Below, piece after piece: positions 17,921-28,516 of a DNA stretch of 64,000 nucleotides. Origin of the DNA: Myxococcota bacterium (GTDB lineage: Bacteria > Myxococcota_A > UBA9160 > UBA4427); contig OZ252299.1 in NCBI GenBank assembly GCA_965250285.1, positions 3,264,001 to 3,328,000 of the forward strand. The letters are read 5' to 3'. The notes beneath the pieces are model-generated. The model was not told where the DNA came from. It made no database searches and saw only the letters and a list, made by a program, of their open reading frames with translations. The stretch's first letter is position 1, and every line of letters starts with the position of its first letter. Made by a program: the position numbers and the translations under genes.

Positions 17921-18793
17921 ATGACCGAGAACAACGCTGCGCGCCGCGTATGCTTCTATCACGCGGGCTGCCCCGACGGCATGGGCGCCGCCTGGAGCGT
18001 CTATGACGCCTGGCAGGGCGTGGGCGAGTTCGTGCCGCGCGGGCACGACGACGTCGCGCGAGCACGCGACTGGAAGGGCGCCGACGTCGTCTACGTCGAC
18101 ATCGCGCCGCAGCTCGCCGAGGCCCGGGCGCTCGGCGAAGCCGCCTCGAAGCTCACCGTGCTCGACCACCACGTGACGGCGCGCGCCCGCTTCGAGACCG
18201 ACCCCGACCTGTGCCGCACGCTCGAGCAGGCCGGTCACGAGCTGCACTTCGACATGGATCGCTCGGGTGCCATGATGGCGTGGATGCACTTCCACCCCGA
18301 TACGCCGCCGCCCGACCTGTTGCGCTACGTGCAGGACCAGGATCTCTGGCACTGGGCGCTGCCCGACTCGTCCGAGGTCAATGCGGCGATCGCGTCGTAC
18401 CCGTACACGCTCGACGCGTGGAGCGCCCTGGCGAAGAAGTCGGCGGCCACGCTCGCCGACGAGGGTCGCCCGATCCTGCGCGCGAACCGCATGGAGGTCG
18501 AGCGCGTGCTCAAGAACGCCGCGCCGGTCATCGTCGATGGCCAGAAGGTCGAGGCCGTGAACTCGACGGTGCATCGCGCGCAGGTCGGTCACGAGCTCGC
18601 CGATCGAGCGCGGTTCGGCAAGCCCTGGGGCTGTGTCTATCGCATCCAAGGCTCCAAGGTGCATGCGACGCTCTACTCGATCGGCGACTTCCACGTCTCG
18701 CCGATGGCCCAACGACTCGGCGGCGGCGGGCACCCGAACGCGGCTGGCTTCACGGTCAGCGTCGCCGACTGGGTCGAACGCTTCATGACCTGA
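17921..18793 (+). CDS. DHH/DHHA1 phosphoesterase (nanoRNase-like)
   Basis: FYHAGCPDG, YVDI, LDHH, DRSGA, QDQDLW and GGGGHPNAAGF. Confidence 0.82.
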   Translation: MTENNAARRVCFYHAGCPDGMGAAWSVYDAWQGVGEFVPRGHDDVARARDWKGADVVYVDIAPQLAEARALGEAASKLTVLDHHVTARARFETDPDLCRTLEQAGHELHFDMDRSGAMMAWMHFHPDTPPPDLLRYVQDQDLWHWALPDSSEVNAAIASYPYTLDAWSALAKKSAATLADEGRPILRANRMEVERVLKNAAPVIVDGQKVEAVNSTVHRAQVGHELADRARFGKPWGCVYRIQGSKVHATLYSIGDFHVSPMAQRLGGGGHPNAAGFTVSVADWVERFMT

Positions 18794-18816
18794 GGCGATC
18801 GATTCGGGAGGACCGC

Positions 18817-19395
18817 GTGACGCATCACCCCACCGAGCGCCCGGCCACGCTCGCGCTCGGCCCTTTCGGCTGGATGCATCCCGAACGGGTCGGCGCCGCG
18901 CTCGCCGTGCTCTCGGCGCTCGCCCTCGCGCTCTCGGTCTGGCTCGCCGTGCTGGGGGCGCCGCTGCACACCGATGTGGCGCCGACGGGCATCGTGGCAT
19001 TCGAGCTTGCGCGCACCGCGGCCGGGGCCGGGGCGATCCTCGACTCATGGGATGCGCCGGCCCGCGAGGCCGCGATGCTCGTGCAGGGCGTCGACTTTCT
19101 CTATCTGCTGGTCTATCCCGCCGCGTTCTCGATCGGGGCCGTCTGGCTCGGTCGGCGCCTCGGTGGGCGCTGGCAGCGCTTAGCGCTCCCGCTCGCCTGG
19201 GCGATGTGGCTGGCGGCGCCGCTCGACGCGGTCGAGAACCTCGCCTTGATCGAACAGATCCAGTCCGGGCCGAGTGAGGCGGCGGCCTGGCTGGCTTGGG
19301 CCTGCGCGATCCCCAAGTTCGCGCTGGTCATCGTGCTGGCGGGCTTCGTGATCGCCGGCTTCGCCGCGCTCGGTGTGCGTCGTGCGCGCGCGTGA
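18817..19395 (+). CDS. Hypothetical membrane protein (about 4 TM)
   Basis: Hydrophobic segments with GIVAFELA, DFLYLLVY, DAVEN and KF motifs. GGGAGG RBS before the GTG. Confidence 0.7.
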   Translation: MTHHPTERPATLALGPFGWMHPERVGAALAVLSALALALSVWLAVLGAPLHTDVAPTGIVAFELARTAAGAGAILDSWDAPAREAAMLVQGVDFLYLLVYPAAFSIGAVWLGRRLGGRWQRLALPLAWAMWLAAPLDAVENLALIEQIQSGPSEAAAWLAWACAIPKFALVIVLAGFVIAGFAALGVRRARA

Positions 19396-19700
19396 AGCCC
19401 TGACGGCCATCTGGCGCTCGCAGTCATGAAGCACGACGACGTGGCCCGACGCCCCGAGCACACCGATGCCGCCTGAGCCGAAACCGCACTCTTTTCGGCA
19501 TCTTGCGCCGCTCGTCGCACACGAGTGAGTCCGCTCTGGGTGCCGACGACGGCGCTGTCCAGGTTGCCGAGCCGAGCCGTCTCGGGGACGATTCGGGGTG
19601 GCGCCGTGCACCGTGGTGCCCGCGCCGAACCCCTACTCACCGCCGGTATCCGCCCGCTGCCCGCAGCGGCTGCGCGCCGGCCAGGCAGGAAGGATCCCCC

Positions 19701-21434
19701 ATGCACGATCTCGTGATTCGCGGTGGCACCGTCGTCGACGGCACCGGTGCACCGAAGCGTCGGGCCGACATCGCCATCGATGGCGACCGGATCACGGCCG
19801 TGGGCGAAGCGGTCGGCGAGGGTCGGCGCGAGATCGACGCGACGGGCAAGCTCGTGACGCCCGGTTGGGTCGACATCCACACCCACTACGACGGGCAGGT
19901 CACCTGGGATCCGCACCTGACGCCCTCGGGCTGGAACGGCGTGACGACGCTGGTGATGGGCAACTGCGGCGTGGGCTTCGCGCCGGTCAAGCCCGGCGAA
20001 GAAGAGTTCCTGATCCAGCTGATGGAAGGCGTCGAGGACATCCCCGGTACGGCGCTCAGCGAGGGCATCGAGTGGAAGTGGGAGAGCTTCCCCGAGTACC
20101 TCGACGCGCTCGAGAAGATGCCGCGCTCGGTCGACGTCGGCGCGCAGATCCCGCACGGCGCCGTGCGCGCCTACGTGATGGGCGAACGGGGCGCGAAGAA
20201 CGAGAAGGCGACCGACGAAGACATCGAGCAGATGGCCGCCATCGTGAAGGAAGGCCTCGAGGCCGGCGCGCTCGGCTTCTCGACGTCGCGCACGATCCTG
20301 CACCGCGCGAAGGACGGCGAGGTGGTGCCCGGCACCTATGCCGAAGACGCCGAGGTGCTCGGCATCGGTCGCATGCTCGGCGAGGTCGGCCACGGCGTCT
20401 TCGAGGTCGCGAGCGATCTCGCGCCCGAGGGCGACGAGCTCGCCTGGATGAAGCGCCTCGGCAAGGAGACCGGCCGCCCGGTCGCGTTCGCCTGCCTGCA
20501 GTCGCCGGCCGATCCCGAGCAGTACAAGCGTCTGCTGAAGGAGGTCGACGCCGACATGGCCGATGGCGGGCGCCTGACGCCCCAGGTCGCCCAGCGGCCG
20601 GCCGGTCTGCTGCTCGGCTGGGAGACGACGGCCCATCCGTTCATGTTCAGCGCCGCCTGGGGGCAGCTCGCCCTGCTCTCGCCCGACGAGCGTCGCGCGA
20701 AGCTGGCCGAGCCCGAGACGCGCAAGGCCGTGCTCGAAGGCATGCCCGACCTCAGCAACTCACCGCTGCCGGGGCCGGCGCTGATGATCGTGAACGGGTT
20801 CTCGATGATGTTCCCGCTCGGCGACCCGCCCGACTACGAGCCGGGCCCCGAGAAGAGCCTGCAGGCGATCGCCGAGCGCGAAGGCCTTGATCCGCGTGAG
20901 CTGGCCTACGACATCATGATGGAGCGCGACGGACGCGGGCTGATCTACCTGCCGCTGCTCGGCTACGCGCACGGCTCGCTCGACTCGATCGGCGAGATGA
21001 TGCAGCACCCGCGCGCCGTGTTCGGCCTGTCGGACGGTGGGGCGCACTGCGGTCTCATCTGCGACGCGAGCATGCCGACGTTCCTGCTGACGCACTGGGT
21101 GCGCGACCGCGCACGCGGCGAGAAGCTGCCACTCGAGATGGTGGTCGAGAGCCAGACGAAGCGAACCGCCGAGCTCTACGGCATGGCCGATCGGGGCGTG
21201 CTCGCCCCCGGCATGAAGGCCGATCTCAACGTGATCGACTTCGAGGCGCTGCACATCCACGCGCCCGAGATGATCTACGACCTGCCGGCCGAGGGCCGAC
21301 GCTTCGTGCAGAAGATCGACGGCTACGACTACACCGTGCAGAGCGGTGAGGTCACGTACGAGGGCGGCGAGCCGACGGGTGTCCTCCCCGGCAAGCTCGT
21401 GCGCGGGCCGCAGGCGGCCCCTGCCCAGGCCTGA
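19701..21434 (+). CDS. Amidohydrolase, N-acyl-D-amino-acid deacylase family
   Basis: [42 protein letters not shown] and [12 protein letters not shown]. Confidence 0.92.
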   Translation: MHDLVIRGGTVVDGTGAPKRRADIAIDGDRITAVGEAVGEGRREIDATGKLVTPGWVDIHTHYDGQVTWDPHLTPSGWNGVTTLVMGNCGVGFAPVKPGEEEFLIQLMEGVEDIPGTALSEGIEWKWESFPEYLDALEKMPRSVDVGAQIPHGAVRAYVMGERGAKNEKATDEDIEQMAAIVKEGLEAGALGFSTSRTILHRAKDGEVVPGTYAEDAEVLGIGRMLGEVGHGVFEVASDLAPEGDELAWMKRLGKETGRPVAFACLQSPADPEQYKRLLKEVDADMADGGRLTPQVAQRPAGLLLGWETTAHPFMFSAAWGQLALLSPDERRAKLAEPETRKAVLEGMPDLSNSPLPGPALMIVNGFSMMFPLGDPPDYEPGPEKSLQAIAEREGLDPRELAYDIMMERDGRGLIYLPLLGYAHGSLDSIGEMMQHPRAVFGLSDGGAHCGLICDASMPTFLLTHWVRDRARGEKLPLEMVVESQTKRTAELYGMADRGVLAPGMKADLNVIDFEALHIHAPEMIYDLPAEGRRFVQKIDGYDYTVQSGEVTYEGGEPTGVLPGKLVRGPQAAPAQA

Positions 21435-21463
21435 ACGCAGGGCCCGACTTCGAGTGAGATCCG

Positions 21464-21499
21464 AGACCCGGGCGCTTCGGCGCCCGGGTCTTCTGCTTT
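21464..21499 (+). terminator. Intrinsic (possibly bidirectional) terminator
   Basis: AGACCCGGGCGC-TTCG-GCGCCCGGGTCT (12-bp stem, UUCG tetraloop) plus TCTGCTTT, between convergent genes. Confidence 0.8.
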
Positions 21500-21509
21500 C
21501 GGGGCGCGC

Positions 21510-22616
21510 CTACTCGAGGCGCTGATGAAAGCGCCGCACCGCGAGCACCATCGTCACCACGAAGAACGCGAACAAGAAGCCGATGTCGAGCGAGAGCCCG
21601 GCGAAGCTCGCGTCGCGCAGCACGACGCCTCGCACGATGCGCATGAAGTGCGTCATCGGCAGGATCTCGGCCAACCACTGAGCGGGGACCGGCATCGCGA
21701 CGTAGGGGAACATGAAGCCCGAGAGCAGGATCGACGGGATCAGGTAGAAGATCATGATCTGCATCGCCGCGAGCTGCGATGGGACGACGGTCGAGATCAG
21801 GAGCCCGAGCGACAGATTCGTGAAGATGAAGAGCAGGCTCACGAGCATCAGCTTCGTCCAGCCGCCGACGACCGGGACGGTGAACATCGCGTGTCCCAGC
21901 CAGACGATGATGCACGCCTGCAGCAAGCCGATCAGCACATAGGGCACGATCTTACCCGTCATCAGCTCGACGGTCGTCACCGGCGTCGCGATCAAGAGCT
22001 CGACGTTGCCCCGCTCGCGCTCGCGCACGATCGAGATCGAAGTGAAGATCGTCATCGTCATCGTCAGGATCACCCCGAGCAGACCCGGCACCGTGAACAG
22101 CGCGGCGCGCTGGCTCGGGTTGTAGAGCAGCGTGACCGACAGCAGCGACTTCGATTCCGTCGGTGGTTTGGTGTCGCCGGGATAGAAGGGCATCGCGCCG
22201 AGGGCCTGCAGAGCCGCCGCCATGATCGTGTCGGAGCCATCGACGATCAGCTGCGCGATCGGCTCGCCCGCCTCGGCGTAGAAGCGCCGCTCGGTGTCGC
22301 GCGGGATGTACACCCCGGCCGACACGCGCCCGTCGCGGATCGCCCGCTGCAGTTCGTCGGGGTTCGTGTACGTGACGGTCGGCACGACGACCTCGGTCGC
22401 CTCGAGGTCCATCACCAGCTGCCTCGAGAACGAGGTCTGCGCGTGGTCGACCACGCCGATCGGGACGTCGCGCACCTTCGTATTGATCGTGTAGCCGAAC
22501 AGCAGGAGCTGGATCAGCGGGATCATCACGACCATGCCGAACGTCAGACGATCCCGGCGAAGGTGGGTGAACTCTTTCGCGCAGACCGCGTAGACCCGGA
22601 GCAGCGCCTCCTTCAC
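21510..22616 (-). CDS. ABC-2 type transporter permease
   Basis: KEFTHLRRD, IQLLLFGY, SIVRERERGN.E.L..TP and LLSGFMFP. GTG overlaps the ATPase stop. Confidence 0.9.
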   Translation of the reverse strand: MKEALLRVYAVCAKEFTHLRRDRLTFGMVVMIPLIQLLLFGYTINTKVRDVPIGVVDHAQTSFSRQLVMDLEATEVVVPTVTYTNPDELQRAIRDGRVSAGVYIPRDTERRFYAEAGEPIAQLIVDGSDTIMAAALQALGAMPFYPGDTKPPTESKSLLSVTLLYNPSQRAALFTVPGLLGVILTMTMTIFTSISIVRERERGNVELLIATPVTTVELMTGKIVPYVLIGLLQACIIVWLGHAMFTVPVVGGWTKLMLVSLLFIFTNLSLGLLISTVVPSQLAAMQIMIFYLIPSILLSGFMFPYVAMPVPAQWLAEILPMTHFMRIVRGVVLRDASFAGLSLDIGFLFAFFVVTMVLAVRRFHQRLE

Positions 22617-23533
22617 GTCTGGCCACCCCCGGTGGAAATCACGAAGACGTCCTCGATCGAGGCCTCGGCGGGCTCGATCACCGCATCGGCAGGCAGCTTC
22701 TCGCGCACGGCGCGCTCGGGATCGCCGACGTCGCGACTCACCAGCACGCGCAGCGCGAGACCGACCTGGGTGACCGATACGATGCCCGGCTGGCCGCGCA
22801 GCGGAGCGATCCAGTCGGAGGGCTCCCCGCCGCTCACGCGCAGCACCGACGCGGGCAGATTCGACTCGAGCTCTTCGACGGTGCCGTCGGCCACCTTCAC
22901 GCCCATGTCGAGGATCGTGAGCCGGTGGCAGCGCTCGGCCTCGTCCATCAGGTGGGTCGACACCATGATCGTCGTGCCGTCTCGCGCGAGCTCGAAGAAG
23001 CGCGACCACATGTCGCGACGCGTATTCGGATCGACCTCCGACGTCGGCTCGTCGAGGATCAGCAGCTCGGGCTTCGTCAGCACGGCCGCGGCCAGCGCGA
23101 TCCGGCGCTTCTGGCCGCCACTCATCGGCCCCACGCGGCGATTCGCGATCTTCTCGAGGTTGTACAGCTCGAGCAGCTCTTCGGTGCGCGTCTTGATCTG
23201 CGCGGCCGACATGCCGTGAATCCGCCCGAGGAATCGGAAGTTCTCGAAGACATCGAGGTCTTCGTACAGCGAGAACCGCTGGGTCATGTAACCGACGCGC
23301 TTGCGAATCTCCTCGGCGTCGTGTGCGACGTCCATCCCGAGCACGTCGACGCGGCCCGAGGTCGGCTCGAGCAGGCCGCAGATCATGCGGATCGCGGTCG
23401 TCTTGCCCGAACCGTTCGGGCCGATGAACCCGTGTACGCGGCCTCGCTCGATGTTCATCGAGAGCGAGTCGACGGCGAGGTGGTCCCCGAAGCGCTTCGA
23501 GAGGTCATGGACCTCGATCGCGTGTTCAGGCAT
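22613..23533 (-). CDS. ABC transporter ATP-binding protein
   Basis: Walker A GPNGSGKT, signature MSGGQ and Walker B LILDEPT. Confidence 0.93.
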   Translation of the reverse strand: MPEHAIEVHDLSKRFGDHLAVDSLSMNIERGRVHGFIGPNGSGKTTAIRMICGLLEPTSGRVDVLGMDVAHDAEEIRKRVGYMTQRFSLYEDLDVFENFRFLGRIHGMSAAQIKTRTEELLELYNLEKIANRRVGPMSGGQKRRIALAAAVLTKPELLILDEPTSEVDPNTRRDMWSRFFELARDGTTIMVSTHLMDEAERCHRLTILDMGVKVADGTVEELESNLPASVLRVSGGEPSDWIAPLRGQPGIVSVTQVGLALRVLVSRDVGDPERAVREKLPADAVIEPAEASIEDVFVISTGGGQT

Positions 23534-23537
23534 GCAG

Positions 23538-24512
23538 CTAGTCCGAGCTCGGCAGCACGCGCACGGGGATCCCCACCCGAAGTTCGAGCGCGGACTCTTC
23601 GATCAGATCGACCTGGGTGACGTACGAGAGCCGCGTTCGATCCTCCTCGGACAGTGCGTAGTACGGCGTGTAGGCCGGGCTGCTCTCGATGTGGCGCACA
23701 CGTCCGACGTAGGGCTGTGCGCGTCCATCGACCCGCACGTCGACGCGATCTCCGACGTTGATCTTGCTGAGCCACGGCTCGGGGAGATAGACCCGGGCCC
23801 ACGGCCGATCGCCGGCGAGCACGGTGGTCACGACCGCCTGGGCGGGCGGCTTGTCGCCGATCTTGAACGGAAGCGAGTCGACCAGGCCCGCGCGTTCGGC
23901 CTGCACCGTGTACCGCGCGAGCTCGGCCTCCTCGTACGCGAGCTCGGCCATGGCGGCCGCGAGCTGGGCGGCCGCCTGCTCGATCTCCTCGATCCGGAAG
24001 CCCGCGGTCAGGAGCGTGAGCTGCTCGACGGCTCGCTCCTCGCGCGCCTCCGCCTGCGCCATGCGATTCTCGTACGCATCGAGCTGGCGCGCACTGACGA
24101 CGTCCTGCTCGAGCAGTGCCTGCTCGCGCTCGAGCTCGAGCTTGGCCGTCGCGAGGTTGATGCGCGCCGCTTCGAGCTCGGCCCGGGCCTTGGCCACCTC
24201 TTCTTCGCGGAAGCCGCGCTTGCGCTCGGCGAGTCGCGCCTCGGCCTGGCTGACCTGCCCTCGACTCTGCGCGACGCGCGCCTCCTGAAGCCGCGGATCG
24301 AGCCGCAACAGCGGCGCGCCGGCTTCGACGCGATCTCCTTCGCGGACGAAGATCTCGATGATGGGCTCGGACACGACGGCGCGACCGTTCACGCGATCCC
24401 ACTCGAGCGTGCCGAGCGCGGCCTCGCGGCGCTCGGAGCAGCCGAGCGATTGAACGAGCAGGATCGCGGCGGCGAAGACGCACACGCCGTGGCGCAGCGG
24501 TGTTGCGATCAA
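23538..24512 (-). CDS. HlyD-family membrane fusion protein (probable lipoprotein)
   Basis: SLGC lipobox-like motif, lipoyl-like VREGDRVEAGAPL, long coiled coil and a YTPY motif. Start uncertain. Confidence 0.85.
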   Translation of the reverse strand: MIATPLRHGVCVFAAAILLVQSLGCSERREAALGTLEWDRVNGRAVVSEPIIEIFVREGDRVEAGAPLLRLDPRLQEARVAQSRGQVSQAEARLAERKRGFREEEVAKARAELEAARINLATAKLELEREQALLEQDVVSARQLDAYENRMAQAEAREERAVEQLTLLTAGFRIEEIEQAAAQLAAAMAELAYEEAELARYTVQAERAGLVDSLPFKIGDKPPAQAVVTTVLAGDRPWARVYLPEPWLSKINVGDRVDVRVDGRAQPYVGRVRHIESSPAYTPYYALSEEDRTRLSYVTQVDLIEESALELRVGIPVRVLPSSD

Positions 24513-24940
24513 GGGGACGACCTCCCGACGTCGACGATGCTCGCGTCGGGTGCGGGGCACGGCATGGGTCTCGACACCGCGCGATCCCGGCGACGCGCAG
24601 ACTCGCAGCGCGACGCGACCTCGCGCACGGGCTGCCTTGCGCGCGATGCTATCTCGGTGTGTCGCGGCCGACACGCTCGATGCGAAGGTCGGCGGCGGGT
24701 TGCCTGCGCGCGGGGCCGTTCGAAAACGGCGCGCGGGAAGGCGGGCGCCGGCGAGCCAACCCAGCGAGTGCCTTCGTGATTCAAGCACCGCGCGCCCCGA
24801 GGCATGCTCGGTCGGGGCACGCGACGAGATCGGCCCGGGCAACGGGGCGCCCGGGCCGCGCTGTCGATGCTCGGCGGTGGCATCAGAGCGCGGCGCCCCG
24901 AGTCACGCCGCGGCGCTTGACTCCGGCTGCGGGGCTCGGA

Positions 24941-26512
24941 TCAGGCCGCCCGTGCGCGGCCCGACGCCATGGGCACCACCCCCGGCTGCCGAAACCGCGC
25001 CTCGAGGCCCTCCCAGTCGACCGAGAGGCGGCCACCCGAGCCCGCGTTCTGCTTCTCCCAGCTCATCAGCAGGTCGATGCAGGCATGGTCGATGTAGCCG
25101 AGGCGATCGAGGTGCACGTGCAGATCCGCATCGCGCGGGATCGACTCGAGCGCCTGCACGAGCTTCGGCAGCCGCATGACGGTGGCGGCGCCGGTCAGAT
25201 CGAGATCCCAGCGATCGCTGGCCTCGTCGTGCTGCACGTCGACGCGCAGGGTCGAGACATCGAACAGGATCCGCAGCAGCGAGAGGGCGATGCCGAGCAC
25301 GACGCCAGTCAGCAGATCGACCGTCACGATCGCCACCAGGGTCGACGCGTAGATCGCGAGCTCGATGCGACCGAAGCGCGCGAGCTCTTTGATCGCGGCC
25401 ACGTCGACGAGCCGGTAGCCCGTGAAGACGAGCACCGCAGCGAGCACCGAGGTCGGGATCGCGCGCAGCACGAAGGGCAGCGCGGCACAGAAGACGAGCA
25501 GCCAGACCCCGTGCAGGATCGCCGAGCCGCGCGTGCGCGCGCCGGCGGCCACGTTCGCGCTGCTGCGCACGATGACGCCGGTCATCGGCAGTGCGCCGAC
25601 GAGACCGCAGAGCACGTTGCCCAGCCCCTGGGCGCTCAGCTCGCGGTCGAAGCGGGCCCGCGGCCCGTCGTGGAGCTTGTCGACGGCGGTCGCGCAGAGC
25701 AGCGTCTCGGCGCTCGCGACGAACGCCAGCGCGAAGCCCGACACGAGCACGCCCCAACCGAGCGAGCCGAGGTCGGCGACGGTCGGGAACGTCACCGCCT
25801 CCATCATGTTCTCGGGGATGTCGACGCGATTGACGCCGAGCCCCGCAATCGAAGCGAACGCGGTCGCGCCCACCACGGCGACGAGGGGCGCGGGCACGGC
25901 CTTGAGCGCCTTCGGCGCGAGGGGCTTCCACGCGACCATCAAGCCGAGTGTCAAGAGGCCGACCATCGCGGCCTGAAAGTGGATCGATCCGTCGGCGGGG
26001 GTCACGCCCTTCATGATCGCCTCGGGGATCGCGACCAGGTTCTCGAGCCCGGTCGTGCGCGGCGTGTCGTCGACCATCACGTGAAACTGGCTCACGAAGA
26101 TCAACACGCCGATGCCCGCGAGCATCGCGTGGATCACCGCCGGCGAGACGGCGCGAAACCACTGCCCGAGACCGGCGACGCCCGCGATCAGCTGGATCGC
26201 GCCCGCGGCGAGCACGATCCACCCGAGCGCTCCGTAGCCGTGCGTTTGCACGAGCTGATAGACGATGACGCTCAGGCCCGCCGCCGGGCCACTGACCTGC
26301 AGCGGAGCACCGGCAAAGACGCCGACGATCAGACCGCCGATGATGCCCGTGATGAGACCGGCGGCCGGCGGCGCGCCCGACGCGATCGCGATGCCCATGC
26401 AGAGGGGCAACGCCACGAGGAACACCACCACCGAGGCGAGCATCTCGTTTCGCCACGACCCCTTGAAGACCGAGAGCTCGGAGAGCACGTCAGAAGCCCA
26501 CGCCCCCATCAC
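24941..26512 (-). CDS. SulP/SLC26 anion (probably bicarbonate) transporter
   Basis: VVFLVALPLCMGIAIASG, QVSGPAAGL, ETLLCA and LPMTGVIVRSSAN, with a short STAS-like C-terminus. Confidence 0.92.
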   Translation of the reverse strand: MMGAWASDVLSELSVFKGSWRNEMLASVVVFLVALPLCMGIAIASGAPPAAGLITGIIGGLIVGVFAGAPLQVSGPAAGLSVIVYQLVQTHGYGALGWIVLAAGAIQLIAGVAGLGQWFRAVSPAVIHAMLAGIGVLIFVSQFHVMVDDTPRTTGLENLVAIPEAIMKGVTPADGSIHFQAAMVGLLTLGLMVAWKPLAPKALKAVPAPLVAVVGATAFASIAGLGVNRVDIPENMMEAVTFPTVADLGSLGWGVLVSGFALAFVASAETLLCATAVDKLHDGPRARFDRELSAQGLGNVLCGLVGALPMTGVIVRSSANVAAGARTRGSAILHGVWLLVFCAALPFVLRAIPTSVLAAVLVFTGYRLVDVAAIKELARFGRIELAIYASTLVAIVTVDLLTGVVLGIALSLLRILFDVSTLRVDVQHDEASDRWDLDLTGAATVMRLPKLVQALESIPRDADLHVHLDRLGYIDHACIDLLMSWEKQNAGSGGRLSVDWEGLEARFRQPGVVPMASGRARAA

Positions 26513-27129
26513 GCTGCCCTCGTCGCGGCGATGTCGATACGCTCGAAGCGCGCATCCTTGTCGCCGACGAAGACTTCACCGCTCACGAAGTCGTAGACCC
26601 AGGCGTGCAGCTCGAGCTCGCCCCGCGCCTCGGCCGCAACGACGCTCGGGTGCGTGCGGAGGTGATCGATCTGTGTGACCACGTTGGCCGCGACGGCCTC
26701 GACGAGGCGCTCGCCGCCCGAGTCGATCTCGACCGGGCGATCGATCGCCTGCTTCGCGTGTTCGATCCAAGACGACACGGCCGGCAACGACGCGGCCGAA
26801 GCGGGATCGAGCGCGGCCGCCATCGCGCCGCAGTGCGTGTGGCCGCAGACCGCGATGTGACGAATGCCGAGGGCCTCGATGCCGTACTCGATCGTGGCCG
26901 CCTCGCCGCCGTTCGCGTCCCCCCACGGCGGGACGAAGTTGCCGGCGTTGCGGATGACGAAGACCTCACCCGGGCCCGACTGGGTCAGCAGTGAAGGAAC
27001 GATGCGCGAATCCGCGCAGGTGATGAGCAGAAGTTCCGGCTTCTGCCCGCCCTCGAGCGCTTCGAACGCGCTCTCGTGCCCGGCGTGCACGCCACGCTGG
27101 TAGCGGAGAATTCCGTCGACAGCCTTCAT
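26509..27129 (-). CDS. Beta-class carbonic anhydrase
   Basis: Zn ligands ITCADSR and CGHTHCGAM, plus RNAGN. Confidence 0.95.
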   Translation of the reverse strand: MKAVDGILRYQRGVHAGHESAFEALEGGQKPELLLITCADSRIVPSLLTQSGPGEVFVIRNAGNFVPPWGDANGGEAATIEYGIEALGIRHIAVCGHTHCGAMAAALDPASAASLPAVSSWIEHAKQAIDRPVEIDSGGERLVEAVAANVVTQIDHLRTHPSVVAAEARGELELHAWVYDFVSGEVFVGDKDARFERIDIAATRAA

Positions 27130-27204
27130 GATGTCCGAGTACCTCCTCGATCGAGCGACTGGCTCACTCGGCTGCGAATCGGCGCCGCGATCCCTGAGGA
27201 GATG

Positions 27205-27240
27205 TCGAAATATCGAAAGGTTCGTTAGCGAAATCCGAAT
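27205..27240. promoter_or_regulatory. Putative LysR/NhaR binding region in the divergent promoter
   Basis: AT-rich tract with repeated (T)CGAA(A)/TTCG half-sites: TCGAAATATCGAAAGGTTCGTTAGCGAAATCCGAAT. Confidence 0.5.
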
Positions 27241-27257
27241 AGGCAGATGGAGGCCGA

Positions 27258-28163
27258 ATGTCCCTCGAAACGCTCAACTTCCATCACCTGCTCTACTTCC
27301 GAGCGGCCGCGCGCGAAGGCGGGGTGAGTCGCGCCGCCGAACGCCTGCACGTGTCGGCGCCGACCATCAGCACACAGATCAAGCAGCTCGAGGATCAGGT
27401 GGGCGAAGCGCTCTTCCTTCGCACCGGCCGGCGACTCGTGCTGACCGATCTCGGGCGCACCGTGCTGCGATACGCCGACGGCATCTTCGACATGGGAGAG
27501 GAGCTGAAGGCCGCCGTGCGCCGCGGCGAGATGGCCCATCCCGAGCGACTCACCGTCGGACTGCCCATGGTCGTACCGAAGCTCATCGCTCACCGGCTGC
27601 TCCAGCCGGCGCTCGAGCTCGATCGGCCGATCGAGCTCGTCTGCATCGAAGACAAGCCCGAGCGATTGCTGGGCGAGCTCGCGACCTACTCGATCGATCT
27701 GATGCTGAGCGACGCTCCGCGCGGCAGCGAGGTCGCAGTTCGCGCGTTCAACCACCTGTTGGGCGACTGCGGCGTCACGTTCTTCGCGGCCCGCGATGTG
27801 GCGCGCGCTCACCGTCGTCGCTTCCCGGCGAGCCTCGACGGCGCACCGATGCTCTGGCCGACGCCGATCGCGGCTCTGCACGCCGGGCTCGAGCACTGGT
27901 TTCAAGACCTCGGGATCCGACCTCGCACGATCGCGAGTTTCGATGACTCGGCACTGATGAAGGTCTTCGGCTCGACCGGCGCCGGCATCTTCCCGACGCC
28001 GTCGGTGATCGAAGACGAGGTGCGCGCCCAATACGGCGTCGAGATCGTCGGGCGCACCGATGACGTGCGCGAACGCTTCTACGCCATTTCGGTCGAGCGG
28101 CGGCTGAAGCACCCCGCCGTGTTGGCGATCAGCGAGGGCGCTCGCTCGCAGATCTTCGCATGA
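27258..28163 (+). CDS. nhaR: LysR-family transcriptional activator, NhaR-type
   Basis: LNFHHLLYF, FDDSALMKVFG and ERFYAISVERRLKHPAV are characteristic of NhaR. Confidence 0.85.
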   Translation: MSLETLNFHHLLYFRAAAREGGVSRAAERLHVSAPTISTQIKQLEDQVGEALFLRTGRRLVLTDLGRTVLRYADGIFDMGEELKAAVRRGEMAHPERLTVGLPMVVPKLIAHRLLQPALELDRPIELVCIEDKPERLLGELATYSIDLMLSDAPRGSEVAVRAFNHLLGDCGVTFFAARDVARAHRRRFPASLDGAPMLWPTPIAALHAGLEHWFQDLGIRPRTIASFDDSALMKVFGSTGAGIFPTPSVIEDEVRAQYGVEIVGRTDDVRERFYAISVERRLKHPAVLAISEGARSQIFA

Positions 28164-28211
28164 GCTCGGCTCGCGGCAGGCGACCCGGGCGGGCGCGCCC
28201 ATCGAATCGCT

Positions 28212-28490
28212 TCACGCCTTCGACGACCACTCGCCCGGCGTGAGCGTCTGCATCGAGAGCGCGTGGATCTCGGGCCCCATCATGTCTTCGAGCAAGCCGT
28301 AGACGAGCTGCTGGCGCTTTACCCGCGAGAGCCCGTCGAACCGGTCGCTCACCAGGATCGCGCGATAGTGCCCCGCGCCGTCTCGCGCACCTGCGTGACC
28401 TGCATGCAGGTGACTCTCGTCGATCACTTCGATGTGGGTCGCGGCGAGCCCTTCGCTGAGCTTCGCCTCGATTCGCGCGCGACGATCCAT
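28212..28490 (-). CDS. bolA: BolA family protein
   Basis: VIDESHLHAGH, FDGLSRVKRQQLVY and IHALS..TLTP. Confidence 0.92.
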   Translation of the reverse strand: MDRRARIEAKLSEGLAATHIEVIDESHLHAGHAGARDGAGHYRAILVSDRFDGLSRVKRQQLVYGLLEDMMGPEIHALSMQTLTPGEWSSKA

Positions 28491-28516
28491 CGCACCGTGC
28501 CCCCGCCAAACGTGCG

